Origin: an uncultured Eubacteriales bacterium
Lineage (GTDB): Bacteria; Bacillota; Clostridia; Christensenellales; CAG-138
DNA length: 64,000 nt
NCBI GenBank assembly: GCA_902768795.1
Contig: CACXMS010000001.1
Span: 46,577-110,576 of the forward strand
Reading direction: 5' to 3'
Of this stretch, positions 9,615-19,635 are shown in pieces. Both the position numbers and the translations under genes were made by a program. Each line of letters starts with the position of its first letter. The first letter of the stretch is position 1. The notes beneath the pieces were generated by a model. It did no database searches and was not told the origin of the DNA. It saw only the letters and a list, made by a program, of their open reading frames with translations.

Positions 9615-10678
9615 CGGTTTCCCCCCTGATTTCTTTGTCTCATTCGATCCGTCAAAAAGCCGACCGTACCGACCAGCGGCAGCGCCTGAACCGCGACGGA
9701 GAACATCAGTCCGCAGCCGACGCAGATCAGCGCAAAGATCCACGGACGCCGCTTCGTCCACTTCTTCAGCGTGCAAAGTCCGACAAGCCCCATCGGCATC
9801 ATCCAGATCGTATAAGCGATCCTTACAAGCGCCGGCGCAAACGGTACGTTCAAAAACATCATGCCGTACGACGCCGCGGAGAAGATCGCAGCCGCGAAGA
9901 AATACGTCGGTTCGGCCGTCCATTCGGAAAACGGCTTCAAAGGCACGAGATCAGCGCCGCCCTTCCGGTTGAATGCGTATGAAAGCAGTCCGTTCGAGAG
10001 GGCCGCGACCGCGGACGGATAATACAGGATCTGAATCAGATACTGATCCGCGTCAAGCTTCCACGACAGCAGCATCGACGAAACCGTTTCCAGGATCGGC
10101 GCGATCAGCCCGTTCACATCCAGCGCGGCAAGTTCCGCGGTTCCGGCGTTCCAGACGACGCGATACGCTTCGACCGTTTCGCGCATCGGCAGAAAAGCGT
10201 CGCCGTTCTCCGCCAGCGTCGGCACGCAGAAGCGAAGGAATAAGCCGAACAGCAGCGCAAGCGAACTGTAAAACACGACCTTGAAGTTGGAAAGCCGCAT
10301 TCGCTGCATCCCGTACAGCAGCACGCCTGCCGGAGCGATCAGCCCCGCGCAGTACAGTCCCGTAAGCGCGCTGCGGGCAAACAGGAATCCGAACGCAAAC
10401 GCCGAAAACGTGAGTACCGCAAGCGACAGCGGATGCGTACGATGCGCGCACCTTGCCCAAAGCGCCGGCGTGACGCAAAGCAGCGGTACAAGCAGCGCGG
10501 CGCGCAGGAAGAACGTATCGAACGCGGCGATGGCGTTCATCAGGTCCCGCTCGCTCTCCGCCCCTGCCGCCGCAGGCAGACGGATCTCTGGAATCAGGCA
10601 CAGCGCGGCCGTTGCGAGCAGCGCAAGCGCCGCCCATCCGTAAGCCGGTTTCCGTTCTGTTTGCACATAAGTCTCCAT
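9611..10678 (-). CDS. YybS-like (DUF2232) polytopic membrane protein
   Basis: Multi-pass hydrophobic protein. Its stop overlaps the gdpP start (ATGA). It occupies the position of yybS in Bacillus. The start was trimmed to METYVQ. Confidence 0.6.
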   Translation of the reverse strand: METYVQTERKPAYGWAALALLATAALCLIPEIRLPAAAGAESERDLMNAIAAFDTFFLRAALLVPLLCVTPALWARCAHRTHPLSLAVLTFSAFAFGFLFARSALTGLYCAGLIAPAGVLLYGMQRMRLSNFKVVFYSSLALLFGLFLRFCVPTLAENGDAFLPMRETVEAYRVVWNAGTAELAALDVNGLIAPILETVSSMLLSWKLDADQYLIQILYYPSAVAALSNGLLSYAFNRKGGADLVPLKPFSEWTAEPTYFFAAAIFSAASYGMMFLNVPFAPALVRIAYTIWMMPMGLVGLCTLKKWTKRRPWIFALICVGCGLMFSVAVQALPLVGTVGFLTDRMRQRNQGGNR

Positions 10679-10710
10679 ATTGCATATTTTACGACAAATC
10701 CATCGCATCG

Positions 10711-11244
10711 TCAAGGAGTATTCCTCGTGCCCTGCACGGCGAATTTTCTCGCAAACTCGAAAAACCGGTTCGCCATCGCCTCGGATTCCTCCTCGGTCGG
10801 CAATTCCCTTTTCTCGGGACGACTCGCCGCGCGGGCGCCCTCCGCAGGCGCCCCGGCGCAAGAGCGTCTGTCTTTTTCTTTTTCTTTGTCTTTCTTTTCT
10901 TTCTCTTTTTCTTTGTCTTGCTCTGATATCAGAGCGGGATCGTCTGATATCAGTCTGTTATCAGACGGGATCAGACTGATTTCAGACGCCGTCTTTTGTT
11001 TGTTTTTTTCGGAAAGCGTTTTTCGCGCGCTGTCCGCCCCCTCCACCTTTCGACCGTACGCGTCGCGCTCACGGTCGATCTGCACTTTTGCCACTCCCCA
11101 CACATACCGCTCATTCCCGCGAAGCTCAGGTTCCGTGCTTTCCTCCGCATACGTCAGCATGGCAGAAAACAGTCTCCCGCGCTCCGCGTCATTGAGCGGC
11201 TCAATGGCGATCGCAAAATCGGTAAAGACCTTCAGATACTTCAT
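10711..11244 (-). CDS. Hypothetical protein with a DUF6291-like N-terminal domain and a KE-rich low-complexity region
   Basis: AGGAGG RBS before ATG 11242-11244. N-terminus FTDFAIAIEPLNDAERGRLFSAMLTYAE....PEL.G is the pattern I associate with phage/plasmid-linked DUF6291 proteins. The family call is from memory only. Confidence 0.5.
   Translation of the reverse strand: MKYLKVFTDFAIAIEPLNDAERGRLFSAMLTYAEESTEPELRGNERYVWGVAKVQIDRERDAYGRKVEGADSARKTLSEKNKQKTASEISLIPSDNRLISDDPALISEQDKEKEKEKKDKEKEKDRRSCAGAPAEGARAASRPEKRELPTEEESEAMANRFFEFARKFAVQGTRNTP
10921..10985. repeat. Four CTGATATCAG-type palindromic decamers spaced 21/11/21 bp
   Basis: ctgatatcag at 10923 and 10944, ctgttatcag at 10955, ctgatttcag at 10976. 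The first sits in a perfect 14-bp palindrome (10921-10934). All lie inside the DUF6291-like CDS, where they encode LISD-type heptads. Confidence 0.8.
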
Positions 11245-11321
11245 TGCGTACACCTCCTGTCGGTTACGCAACGAGTGTAGCATACATCTTCCCGCAGGGA
11301 TTCCCGGAAAAAGTTCACAAT

Positions 11322-11359
11322 TAAAAAGGAGCTGTTAAGAAAACGCGTTTCTTTACAGC
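11322..11359 (-). terminator. thrS terminator
   Basis: 12-bp stem gctgttaagaaa/tttctttacagc with one mismatch, followed on the minus strand by a T-run. Confidence 0.55.
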
Positions 11360-11377
11360 CCCTTGTCCGTTATGTCG

Positions 11378-13318
11378 TTACTTGGCTTTCGTTGCAATCT
11401 CCTCGAGGATCTTCTGCAGGAACGCGTCAAACGGCTGCGCGCCGAGGTCGCCCTCCTTGCGGGAACGCACGGCAACCGTGCCTTCCTCCGCCTCCTTGTC
11501 GCCGATCACGAGCATGTACGGGATCTTCTGCATCTGCGCTTCGCGGATCTTGAACCCGATCTTCTCGTTCCTTGCGTCGACCTCCGCGCGGATGCCGTAC
11601 GCATCGAGTTTTTCGCACAGCGCGTTCGAGTACGCGACGGTGCGGTCGGTGATCGGCAGGATCTTCACCTGCGTCGGCATCAGCCAGGTCGGCAGCGCGC
11701 CCGCATATTCCTCGATCAGATACGCCAGCGTGCGCTCGTAGCAGCCGAGCGACGTGCGGTGCAGAATGTACGGCAGCGCCTTCTCGCCCTTGTCGTCGAT
11801 GTAATACATGCCGAAACGCTTCGCAAGCAGCATGTCGATCTGAATCGTAACGAGCGTGTCCTCTTTGCCGTAAACGTTCCGGTACTGGATATCGAGCTTC
11901 GGCCCGTAGAACGCGGCTTCGTCGATCCCGATCTCGTACTTCACGCCAAGATCATCTAAAATCTGCTTCATCGCCGCCTGAGACTGCTCCCACTGCTCGG
12001 CGGTACCTTCGTACTTGTTCTTCGGGTTTGCCGGATCCCACTGCGAGAAGCGGAACGTGCATTTGTCCCAAAGCCCGACCGTGCCGAGGAAGTACTTGGA
12101 AAGCTCCAGACAATCGCGGAACTCCTGTTCGAGCTGATCCGGACGCACGATCAGATGCCCTTCGGAGATCGTGAACTGACGCACGCGGATCAATCCGTGC
12201 ATCTCGCCCGAGTCCTCATTGCGGAACAGCGTCGAGGTCTCTCCGAGGCGCATCGGCAGGTCGCGGTAGCTTCTTTGCCGGTTCAGAAATACCTGGTACT
12301 GGAACGGGCAGGTCATCGGACGCAGCGCGAAGCACTCCTTCGTTTCGTCGTCGGCGTCGCCGATGATGAACATGCCGTCGCGGTAATGATCCCAATGCCC
12401 CGAAATTTTGAAGAACTCACGCTTGGCAAAGAACGGCGTTTTGGTCAACAGGTATCCGTGCTTCTGTTCGACGTCCTCAACCCAGCGCTGCATCAGCTGC
12501 ACGACGCGCGCGCCCTTCGGGAGCAGCACCGGCAGTCCCTGGCCGATCGTATCGACGGTCGTGAAGTATTCGAGCTCTCTGCCGAGCTTGTTGTGATCGC
12601 GCTTCTTCGCTTCCTCGAGCTGCACAAGGTAGGCGTTTAAGTCTTCCTTCTTTTCAAACGCCGTGCCGTAGATACGCTGCAGCATCTTGTTCTTTTCGCT
12701 GCCGCGCCAGTACGCGCCCGCAACGCTGATCAGCTTGATGTTTTTGACGCGCGCGGTCGAAGCGACGTGCGTGCCGGCGCACAGGTCGACAAACTCGCCC
12801 TGCCGGTAAAAGCTGATGGCAGCATCTTCGGGCAGATCACGGATGAGCTCGACCTTATACGGCTCGCCCTTTTCTTCCATAAAGGCGATCGCTTCTTCGC
12901 GCGGCAGCTCAAACCGCTCGAGCCGCAGGTTTTCGCGCTGGATTTGCTCCATCGTCTTTTCAATCTTTTTGAAATCGTCCGGCGAGAAGTTGAACGGCGC
13001 GTCGAAATCGTAATAGAACCCGTCCTTGGTCGCCGGGCCGATCGCGAGCTTCACCTCGGGCCACAGACGCTTGACCGCCTGCGCCAGAATGTGCGACGCG
13101 GTATGGCGGTATGTCCAGCGCCCGCCCTCGTCCTCAAAGGTCAGAAACTGCAGCGCACAGTCCTGTTCGATCGGCAAAAAAGCGTCGGTACGCACGCCGT
13201 CGATCTCGCAGCAGAGAACCGCTTTTCGAAGGCCCTGGCTCAGCGAAGCCGCAATGTCAAGGCCGTTTGTTCCGTTCTCGTATTCCCGAACGGAACCGTC
13301 TGGAAATGTAATCCGCAT
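11378..13318 (-). CDS. thrS: Threonyl-tRNA synthetase
   Basis: 646 aa with a TGS-like N-terminus (MRITFPDGS), an editing domain, a class II core and an anticodon-binding domain. Preceded by a Thr T-box. Confidence 0.97.
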   Translation of the reverse strand: MRITFPDGSVREYENGTNGLDIAASLSQGLRKAVLCCEIDGVRTDAFLPIEQDCALQFLTFEDEGGRWTYRHTASHILAQAVKRLWPEVKLAIGPATKDGFYYDFDAPFNFSPDDFKKIEKTMEQIQRENLRLERFELPREEAIAFMEEKGEPYKVELIRDLPEDAAISFYRQGEFVDLCAGTHVASTARVKNIKLISVAGAYWRGSEKNKMLQRIYGTAFEKKEDLNAYLVQLEEAKKRDHNKLGRELEYFTTVDTIGQGLPVLLPKGARVVQLMQRWVEDVEQKHGYLLTKTPFFAKREFFKISGHWDHYRDGMFIIGDADDETKECFALRPMTCPFQYQVFLNRQRSYRDLPMRLGETSTLFRNEDSGEMHGLIRVRQFTISEGHLIVRPDQLEQEFRDCLELSKYFLGTVGLWDKCTFRFSQWDPANPKNKYEGTAEQWEQSQAAMKQILDDLGVKYEIGIDEAAFYGPKLDIQYRNVYGKEDTLVTIQIDMLLAKRFGMYYIDDKGEKALPYILHRTSLGCYERTLAYLIEEYAGALPTWLMPTQVKILPITDRTVAYSNALCEKLDAYGIRAEVDARNEKIGFKIREAQMQKIPYMLVIGDKEAEEGTVAVRSRKEGDLGAQPFDAFLQKILEEIATKAK

Positions 13319-13344
13319 CTTTCTTTCCTCCTATCGTTGCTGTG

Positions 13345-13550
13345 GAAATATCAAAGCGTCCCTGTGCAAAAACACAAGGACGCTGCAAAACGTGGTTCCA
13401 CCCTGTTTGGGACTCTTTGCGCGATATCGGGCGCGCCCGCTCCGATCCTCCGGCGGTCTTCCCGCTGTACACGGCGCGATCCTTTGCACCAACCGATCGC
13501 TCGCTCTGCCGTGCCGATAAACGGTACTGCTTCCGGATTCTTCTCGAAGT
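13345..13550 (-). promoter_or_regulatory. T-box riboswitch leader of thrS (specifier ACC, Thr)
   Basis: On the minus strand there is an AGAGCGAG bulge and a GGTGCAA distal-loop motif. GAAGACCG is read as the specifier loop, with ACC at about 13455-13457. The T-box sequence AGGGTGGAACCACG is at 13391-13404. The terminator stem is 13355-13384, followed by a U-rich tract. Confidence 0.85.
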
Positions 13551-13557
13551 TATCCGT

Positions 13558-13585
13558 ATTATATCATGTCTGTCCGGATTGTCAA
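13558..13585 (-). promoter_or_regulatory. Sigma-A type promoter for the thrS leader
   Basis: TTGACA (13580-13585), a 16-nt spacer ending in TG, then TATAAT (13558-13563), read on the minus strand. Confidence 0.7.
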
Positions 13586-13603
13586 GCCGAAAAGCTGCGC
13601 TCT

Positions 13604-16600
13604 TTACGAACGTTTTTCCACCGACAGCGTCAGCGCCGTTCCGTTGATGCTCCAGGCCTTTTCGTAGCCCGAAAGCGTCGGCTCCAGCGCGTCCGCCAGC
13701 GTGTCCGCCATGATGTCCGCCTTGTTCGCCTCAATCAGCGCGGTCAGCTTCGACGCGGGATCATAGCCGATGCGGATGTGGTCCGCAACCTCGAATCCGG
13801 CTTCCTTTCGCATCGTCTGCAGCTTCGAGGTGATCTCGCGCACGTTGCCCTCGTCGATCAGCTCCGGCGTCAGATTCGTGTTCAGCACCACGGTCAGGCC
13901 GTTATCGCTTTCGGAAACGAATCCTGCCTTCTGCTGCACGGACACCAGCACGTCGTCCGAACCGAGCGAAACGGAAGCGCCGTCAAGCGCAAACGAATAC
14001 GCTTCGCCTCTGAAATGCGCGGCAACGATCGCGTCGCCCACGCCCTCGCCCGCAAGGTACGCGGAGATTTTGCCGAGCAGCTTCCCGTAGCGCGGGCCGA
14101 GGGTTCTCAGCTGCGGCTTGACGCGATAGGAAATGAATCCCGAGGCGTCCTGCACAAACGAGACCGCCTTCAGGTTCAGCTCCTCGCGGATGATCGCGGT
14201 TTCCGCCTCGGTCAGAGCGTCGCCCTGCACGAACATTTCGGAAAGCGGCTGCCGGATCTTGCACGCCGCATTGTTGCGCGCGGCTCTGCCGAGCGTGACG
14301 ATCGCCAGAACGCGCTCCATTCCCGCTTCGAGTTCACGGTCGATAAAGCTCGCGTCTGCGACCGGGAAATCGCACAGATGCACCGATTCGGGCGCGCTTT
14401 GATCCACCGAACGCACCGTGTTCTGATACATCGCTTCGCTCATGAACGGCACAAACGGCGCGCAAAGCAGCGTCAGCGTCTTCAGAACCGTGAACAGCGT
14501 CATATACGCGGCTTCCTTGTCGTCGGTCATCTCGCTGCCCCAATAGCGCTCGCGGCAGCGGCGAACGTACCAGTTCGAAAGCTCCTCGACAAACGTCATC
14601 AGATCTCGTCCCGCTTCGGTGATGCGGATGTGATCGAGATTGTCGTCCACGCTCTGAATCAGCGTCTGCAGCCGCGAAAGGATCCAGCGATCCATCAGCG
14701 AGAGGTTCTCACGCTTTAACGTGTGCGCGGTCGGATCGAACCCGTCGATATCCGCATAGAGAATATAGAACGCATAGGTGTTCCAGAGTGTCGACAGGAA
14801 CTTCCGCTGATATTCGGAAACGTTCTCGCCCGAGAAGCGCGACGGCAGCCACGGCGCGGACGCCGTATAGAAGTACCAGCGCACCGCGTCTGCGCCCTGC
14901 TTGTCCAGAACGTCCTTCGGCGCGATCACGTTGCCGATGTGCTTCGACATCTTCTTGCCGTCCTTGTCGCACACAAGCCCGAGGACAAGACAGTTTTCAA
15001 ACGGCGCCCGATCGAACAGGCAGGTCGCAATCGCAAGCAGCGTATAGAACCAGCCGCGCGTCTGATCGACGGCCTCGGAAATGAACGCGGCCGGATAGCG
15101 GCGCTCAAAGATTTCCCTGTTCTCAAACGGATAGTGCCACTGGGCAAACGGCATCGAACCGCTGTCAAACCAGCAGTCGATCACGACCGGTTCACGCTTC
15201 ATGATCCTGCCGCACTTCGGGCAGCGCACGTTCACGCGGTCGATATACGGCTTATGCAGCTCGATATCGTCGGGGCAGTTGTCCGACATCGCTTTCAGCT
15301 CCGCCTTGCTGCCGATCACGTGGACGTTGCCGCATTCGCACATCCACACCGGAAGCGGCGTTCCCCAGTAGCGTTCACGGCTTACGCCCCAGTCGATGAC
15401 GTTCTCGAGAAAGTTGCCCATCCGGCCTTCCTGGATCGTGTCCGGAATCCAGTTGACCGAGCGGTTGAACGCGATCAGCTTGTCCTTGACCGCAGTCATT
15501 TTGATGAACCAGCTCTCGCGGGCGTAGTAGATCAGCGGCGTGTCGCAGCGCCAGCAGAACGGATAGCTGTGCTCAAACGGCAGCGCGGCAAAAAGCTTGC
15601 CGCTCTTTTTCAGCGTTTCAAGGATCGGTTTATCCGCGTCCTTGACAAACAGCCCGTCCCACGGCGTTCCGCCGCACAGATGGCCGCTTGTATTCACGAA
15701 CTGCACAAACGGCAGATCCCATTCCTTGCCGACGCGGTTGTCGTCCTCACCGAACGCCGGAGCGATATGGACGACGCCGGTACCGTCGGTCAAAGTTACG
15801 TAATCGTCCGCGACGACGCGATAGCCCTTCTTGCCCTTGAAATTGACCGGCAGGTCGAACAGCGGTTCGTATTCGGTTCCGACCATGCTTTGACCGGGAA
15901 ACGTCTCAACGATCTCGGCATTCTCGCCGAGCACGGACGCAACCAGCGCTTCCGCCAGGATGTAGGTATTCCCTTCGGACACGGCCTTGCAGTACGTTTC
16001 ATGCGCGTTGACGCACAGCGCGACGTTCGAGGGAAGCGTCCAGGGCGTCGTCGTCCACGCAAGGATCGCCGTGCCGCTTCCGTCCTTCAGATAGAAGCGC
16101 GCGATCGCGGAGGTCTCCTTGACGTCGTGATACCCCTGCGCGACCTCATGGCTCGACAGCGCGGTGCCGCAGCGCGGGCAGTACGGAACGATCTTATGTC
16201 CCTTATAGAGCAGTCCCTTTTCGTGGATCGTCTTGAGCGCCCACCATTCGGACTCGATATAGTCGTCGTGATACGTCACGTACGGATCCTTCATGTCGCA
16301 CCAGAACCCGACGCGGTCGCTCATCTCCTCCCACTGGCTCTCGTACTTCCAGACGGACTCCTTGCACGCCTTGATGAACGGCTCGACGCCGTACGCCTCG
16401 ATCTGCTCCTTGCCGTCCAGCCCGAGCTGCTTTTCGACCTCAAGCTCCACGGGCAGGCCATGCGTATCCCAGCCGGCCTTGCGAAGCACGTCGTATCCCT
16501 TCATCGTCTTATAGCGCGGGATCAGATCCTTGATCGAGCGCGTCAGAACGTGGCCGATGTGCGGCTTGCCGTTCGCCGTCGGCGGACCGTCGAAAAACGT

Positions 16601-16723
16601 ATAGGCAGGCGCGCCCTTGCGGAGGGCGACGCTCTTTTCAAAGATTTTGTGTTCCTTCCAAAACGCGAGCGTATCCAGCTCGCGCGCGACAAAATTCATG
16701 TCGGTCGATACTTTCTGATACAT
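13604..16723 (-). CDS. ileS: Isoleucyl-tRNA synthetase, long (type 2-like) form
   Basis: HIGH motif (PHIGHVLT), KMSKS motif (KKMSKH) and a CP1 editing region, about 1040 aa. Start at ATG 16721-16723 after GGAGAAG. The track start is an upstream TTG. Confidence 0.97.
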   Translation of the reverse strand: MYQKVSTDMNFVARELDTLAFWKEHKIFEKSVALRKGAPAYTFFDGPPTANGKPHIGHVLTRSIKDLIPRYKTMKGYDVLRKAGWDTHGLPVELEVEKQLGLDGKEQIEAYGVEPFIKACKESVWKYESQWEEMSDRVGFWCDMKDPYVTYHDDYIESEWWALKTIHEKGLLYKGHKIVPYCPRCGTALSSHEVAQGYHDVKETSAIARFYLKDGSGTAILAWTTTPWTLPSNVALCVNAHETYCKAVSEGNTYILAEALVASVLGENAEIVETFPGQSMVGTEYEPLFDLPVNFKGKKGYRVVADDYVTLTDGTGVVHIAPAFGEDDNRVGKEWDLPFVQFVNTSGHLCGGTPWDGLFVKDADKPILETLKKSGKLFAALPFEHSYPFCWRCDTPLIYYARESWFIKMTAVKDKLIAFNRSVNWIPDTIQEGRMGNFLENVIDWGVSRERYWGTPLPVWMCECGNVHVIGSKAELKAMSDNCPDDIELHKPYIDRVNVRCPKCGRIMKREPVVIDCWFDSGSMPFAQWHYPFENREIFERRYPAAFISEAVDQTRGWFYTLLAIATCLFDRAPFENCLVLGLVCDKDGKKMSKHIGNVIAPKDVLDKQGADAVRWYFYTASAPWLPSRFSGENVSEYQRKFLSTLWNTYAFYILYADIDGFDPTAHTLKRENLSLMDRWILSRLQTLIQSVDDNLDHIRITEAGRDLMTFVEELSNWYVRRCRERYWGSEMTDDKEAAYMTLFTVLKTLTLLCAPFVPFMSEAMYQNTVRSVDQSAPESVHLCDFPVADASFIDRELEAGMERVLAIVTLGRAARNNAACKIRQPLSEMFVQGDALTEAETAIIREELNLKAVSFVQDASGFISYRVKPQLRTLGPRYGKLLGKISAYLAGEGVGDAIVAAHFRGEAYSFALDGASVSLGSDDVLVSVQQKAGFVSESDNGLTVVLNTNLTPELIDEGNVREITSKLQTMRKEAGFEVADHIRIGYDPASKLTALIEANKADIMADTLADALEPTLSGYEKAWSINGTALTLSVEKRS

Positions 16724-16753
16724 TCTCTTCTCCAAATACTTCTTCTGCTCTTT

Positions 16754-17845
16754 TTATTCGAGGAAATCCTTCAGTTTCTTGCTGCGGGACGGATGGCGGA
16801 GCTTTCGGAGCGCTTTCGCTTCGATCTGACGGATGCGCTCCCGCGTGACGTTGAATTCACGTCCGACCTCCTCAAGCGTTCTCGCCTTGCCGTCCTCAAG
16901 CCCGTAGCGCAGCTTCAGCACCTTCGCTTCCCGCGGCGTCAGCGTAGCGAGCACTTCGCCGAGCTGCTCCTTCAAAAGCGAGCTTGCTACCGCGTCGGCA
17001 GGCGCGGGCGCGTCGTCGTCGGGAATAAAGTCGCCGAGGTGGGAATCGTCCTCCTCGCCGATCGGCGTTTCGAGCGAAACCGGCTCCTGCGCGATCTTTA
17101 AGATTTCGCGCACCTTGTCTTCGGAAATGCCCATTTCCTTGGCAATCTCGTCCGGGCGCGGGTCGCGGCCGTATTCCTGCACAAGCTGACGGTTTACACG
17201 GATCAGCTTATTGATCGTTTCGACCATGTGCACCGGAATGCGGATCGTGCGCGCCTGATCGGCGATCGCGCGGGTGATGGCCTGCCGTATCCACCAGGTC
17301 GCGTACGTAGAAAACTTATATCCCTTCCGGTAGTCGAACTTTTCGACCGCCTTGATCAGGCCGAGGTTGCCCTCCTGAATCAGATCGAGGAACAGCATGC
17401 CTCTCCCGACGTAGCGCTTTGCGATCGAAACGACCAGACGCAGATTCGCTTCCGCAAGCTGATGCTTCGCGTCGATATCGCCTGCAGACATGCGCTTTGC
17501 AATTTCAACCTCCTCCTCGGCGGTCAGAAGCGGCACTTTGCCGATCTCTTTGAGGTACATACGCACCGGATCGTCGATGTTGATGCCCTCGTTCGCGCCG
17601 AGCACGGTTTCGAGCTGTGCAATCTCTTCGTTAATGTCCTCGGGGACTTCGACTTCCTCGACGATATCGATGTTCTGTTCCTCAAACTCGGTGTAAACCT
17701 TTTCGATCTGATCCTGGTCGAGTTCAAGATCGCCGAGCGCCTCCATGACCTCGTTATAGGTCAGAATGCCTTTCTGCTTGCCGGCCTCAATCAGTTTCTG
17801 GATCTCGACATTCGGATCCTTTTGGGTGATTTGTTCCTTTGCCAT
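16754..17845 (-). CDS. rpoD: Primary RNA polymerase sigma factor (sigma-70 family)
   Basis: Acidic region 1.1, then regions 2-4 with [27 protein letters not shown] and [18 protein letters not shown]. Confidence 0.95.
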   Translation of the reverse strand: MAKEQITQKDPNVEIQKLIEAGKQKGILTYNEVMEALGDLELDQDQIEKVYTEFEEQNIDIVEEVEVPEDINEEIAQLETVLGANEGINIDDPVRMYLKEIGKVPLLTAEEEVEIAKRMSAGDIDAKHQLAEANLRLVVSIAKRYVGRGMLFLDLIQEGNLGLIKAVEKFDYRKGYKFSTYATWWIRQAITRAIADQARTIRIPVHMVETINKLIRVNRQLVQEYGRDPRPDEIAKEMGISEDKVREILKIAQEPVSLETPIGEEDDSHLGDFIPDDDAPAPADAVASSLLKEQLGEVLATLTPREAKVLKLRYGLEDGKARTLEEVGREFNVTRERIRQIEAKALRKLRHPSRSKKLKDFLE

Positions 17846-17856
17846 TTCCCGTCTCC

Positions 17857-19614
17857 TTATTTTTTCGCCTTCAGTTGTGCCTGTATCTTCTTTAATATTT
17901 GTTCCCGTTCCGCATCGGAAAGCTCCGGTTCGGCCAGCCGCCGCTGGAGATCGGACAGCACGGCCTGTCCTTCCTCCGCGCGCAGACGCAAAATACAGTC
18001 CTTTGCGGTCCGTACGGCGTTCTGCACCGCGCCTTCCTCACGCAGCAGCGCCGAAACCGTTTCGGCCTCCTCCTGCGGTCGTTCCGCCACGTACTGCGCG
18101 AGCGAAAACGAATCCGCACTGCACAGCGCCGCAAACAGGTTCCGGAACGCTTCCGTCTTCAAAAGCGCTTCGGCCCCGGTGCTTTTTGCCGTTTCAAGCG
18201 CGTCCCGATCCGCAATGCAGGCCGCAAGCAGCGTTCGTTCAAGCACTGTCCTCGCGTTCTCCAACGAATCGTTTCGACGGCGGACGCCGCCGCGCCGCAA
18301 TCCCGTCGCGGAATCTTTCAGCACAACGCCGCCGCTTCGCGCGCCCTGCGCCTCCAAAGCTTCGACCGCATACCCGGTCAGACTCGCAATCACTTTATAA
18401 TACCGCTCCTGTTCGATCGGCTGCAGCGAGGCGACGAACGCGCATGCGCGCACCGCGTACCGTTCCCGATCGTTTTCGGCGTTCAGATCCAGCCCGTTTG
18501 CCATTGAGCGCACTTTGAATTCGTTCAGCGAAAGCGCATTCTCCTTCAGCCGGTCGAATCCGCTTTTGCCGTAGATCTGCACGTACTCATCGGGATCGAG
18601 ATCGTCTGGGAACGTGATCACGCGCACCTCGAGCCCCTCTCCCTTCAGAATATCAAGCCCGCGCACGGTCGCGTTCTGCCCCGCGGCGTCGCCGTCGTAT
18701 GCGATATAGACCGTTTCGACATACCGCTTCAAAAGCCGCGCCTGCTGCTGCGTCAGCGCCGTTCCGAGCGAGGCGACCGCGTTCAGAACGCCCGCCTTAT
18801 ACAGGCCGATCACGTCCATATAGCCCTCGACCATGATCAGGTCGGACAGCTTTTCATTTTTATGCAGATACAGCCCGTAAAGATTGTTTCGCTTGTTGTA
18901 GATCGGCGTATCACCGGTATTGATGTACTTGGGTTTCTCATCGCCGAGCACGCGCGCGCCGAACCCGAGCACCTGCCCGTTCACGCCTATGATCGGGAAG
19001 ATCATGCGGCCGCGGTACGCATCGTACACGGAATCCTTCTGCTCGTTGTGCACAAGAAGCCCCGCGTCAAGCAGTTCCTTTTTCGTAAATCCCTCCCTGG
19101 TCAGCCGGTTCAAAAGCCCGTCCCAGCGATCCGGCGCATAGCCGAGGCCGAACCGCTTGACAATCTCCGGCGTAAGCCCGCGCTTTTGCGCGTACTCCCT
19201 GCCCGGCTTGCCGAGCTCCGGATCGGTGAAGCATTCGAAATAGTACCTTGCCGCCGCCCGCGTCGCTTCATAGAGCCGCTTCTTATGCGCCTGCGCCAGC
19301 TTCAGCTCGCGGTCGTTCACATTTTCGGGCATCTGCATCCCGACGCGGTCCGCCAAAAACCGAATCGCCTCCGGATACGTCAGCCGTTCGATGTCCATGA
19401 TAAACTGCACGACCGTACCGCCCGCATGGCAGCCGAAGCAATAAAACAGCTGCTTGTCCGGCGAGACCGAAAACGACGGCGTTTTCTCGCCGTGCAGCGG
19501 ACAGCACGCCCAAAGCTTGCGTCCCTTGGGTTTCAGATCCACATATGACGAGATTACGGAAACGATCTCGTTTTTGGAAAACAGCTCGTCGAGCCATGCG
19601 GACGGAAACGCCAT
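17857..19614 (-). CDS. dnaG: DNA primase
   Basis: Zinc ribbon [13 protein letters not shown]...[10 protein letters not shown], a TOPRIM domain (EGYMDV) and a C-terminal helicase-interaction region. Confidence 0.95.
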   Translation of the reverse strand: MAFPSAWLDELFSKNEIVSVISSYVDLKPKGRKLWACCPLHGEKTPSFSVSPDKQLFYCFGCHAGGTVVQFIMDIERLTYPEAIRFLADRVGMQMPENVNDRELKLAQAHKKRLYEATRAAARYYFECFTDPELGKPGREYAQKRGLTPEIVKRFGLGYAPDRWDGLLNRLTREGFTKKELLDAGLLVHNEQKDSVYDAYRGRMIFPIIGVNGQVLGFGARVLGDEKPKYINTGDTPIYNKRNNLYGLYLHKNEKLSDLIMVEGYMDVIGLYKAGVLNAVASLGTALTQQQARLLKRYVETVYIAYDGDAAGQNATVRGLDILKGEGLEVRVITFPDDLDPDEYVQIYGKSGFDRLKENALSLNEFKVRSMANGLDLNAENDRERYAVRACAFVASLQPIEQERYYKVIASLTGYAVEALEAQGARSGGVVLKDSATGLRRGGVRRRNDSLENARTVLERTLLAACIADRDALETAKSTGAEALLKTEAFRNLFAALCSADSFSLAQYVAERPQEEAETVSALLREEGAVQNAVRTAKDCILRLRAEEGQAVLSDLQRRLAEPELSDAEREQILKKIQAQLKAKK

Positions 19615-19635
19615 GCTGCTCCTTTCGAGTGAAGC

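Noticed and set aside
10711-11377. Possible integrated mobile element or prophage remnant boundary around the DUF6291-like gene
   Set aside because: There is no integrase, no flanking direct repeats, no tRNA target and no further phage-like genes. Only a single orphan gene can be supported.
16724-16753. Search for a T-box or terminator between rpoD and ileS
   Set aside because: Only 30 nt are available. They contain an RBS but no hairpin or T-box sequence.
12767-17101. Two very long plus-strand ORFs (650 aa and 792 aa)
   Set aside because: They are exactly antisense to thrS and ileS, which have unmistakable synthetase motifs. Their products are Arg/Ala/Leu-rich with no motifs, as expected for stop-poor antisense frames in GC-rich DNA.
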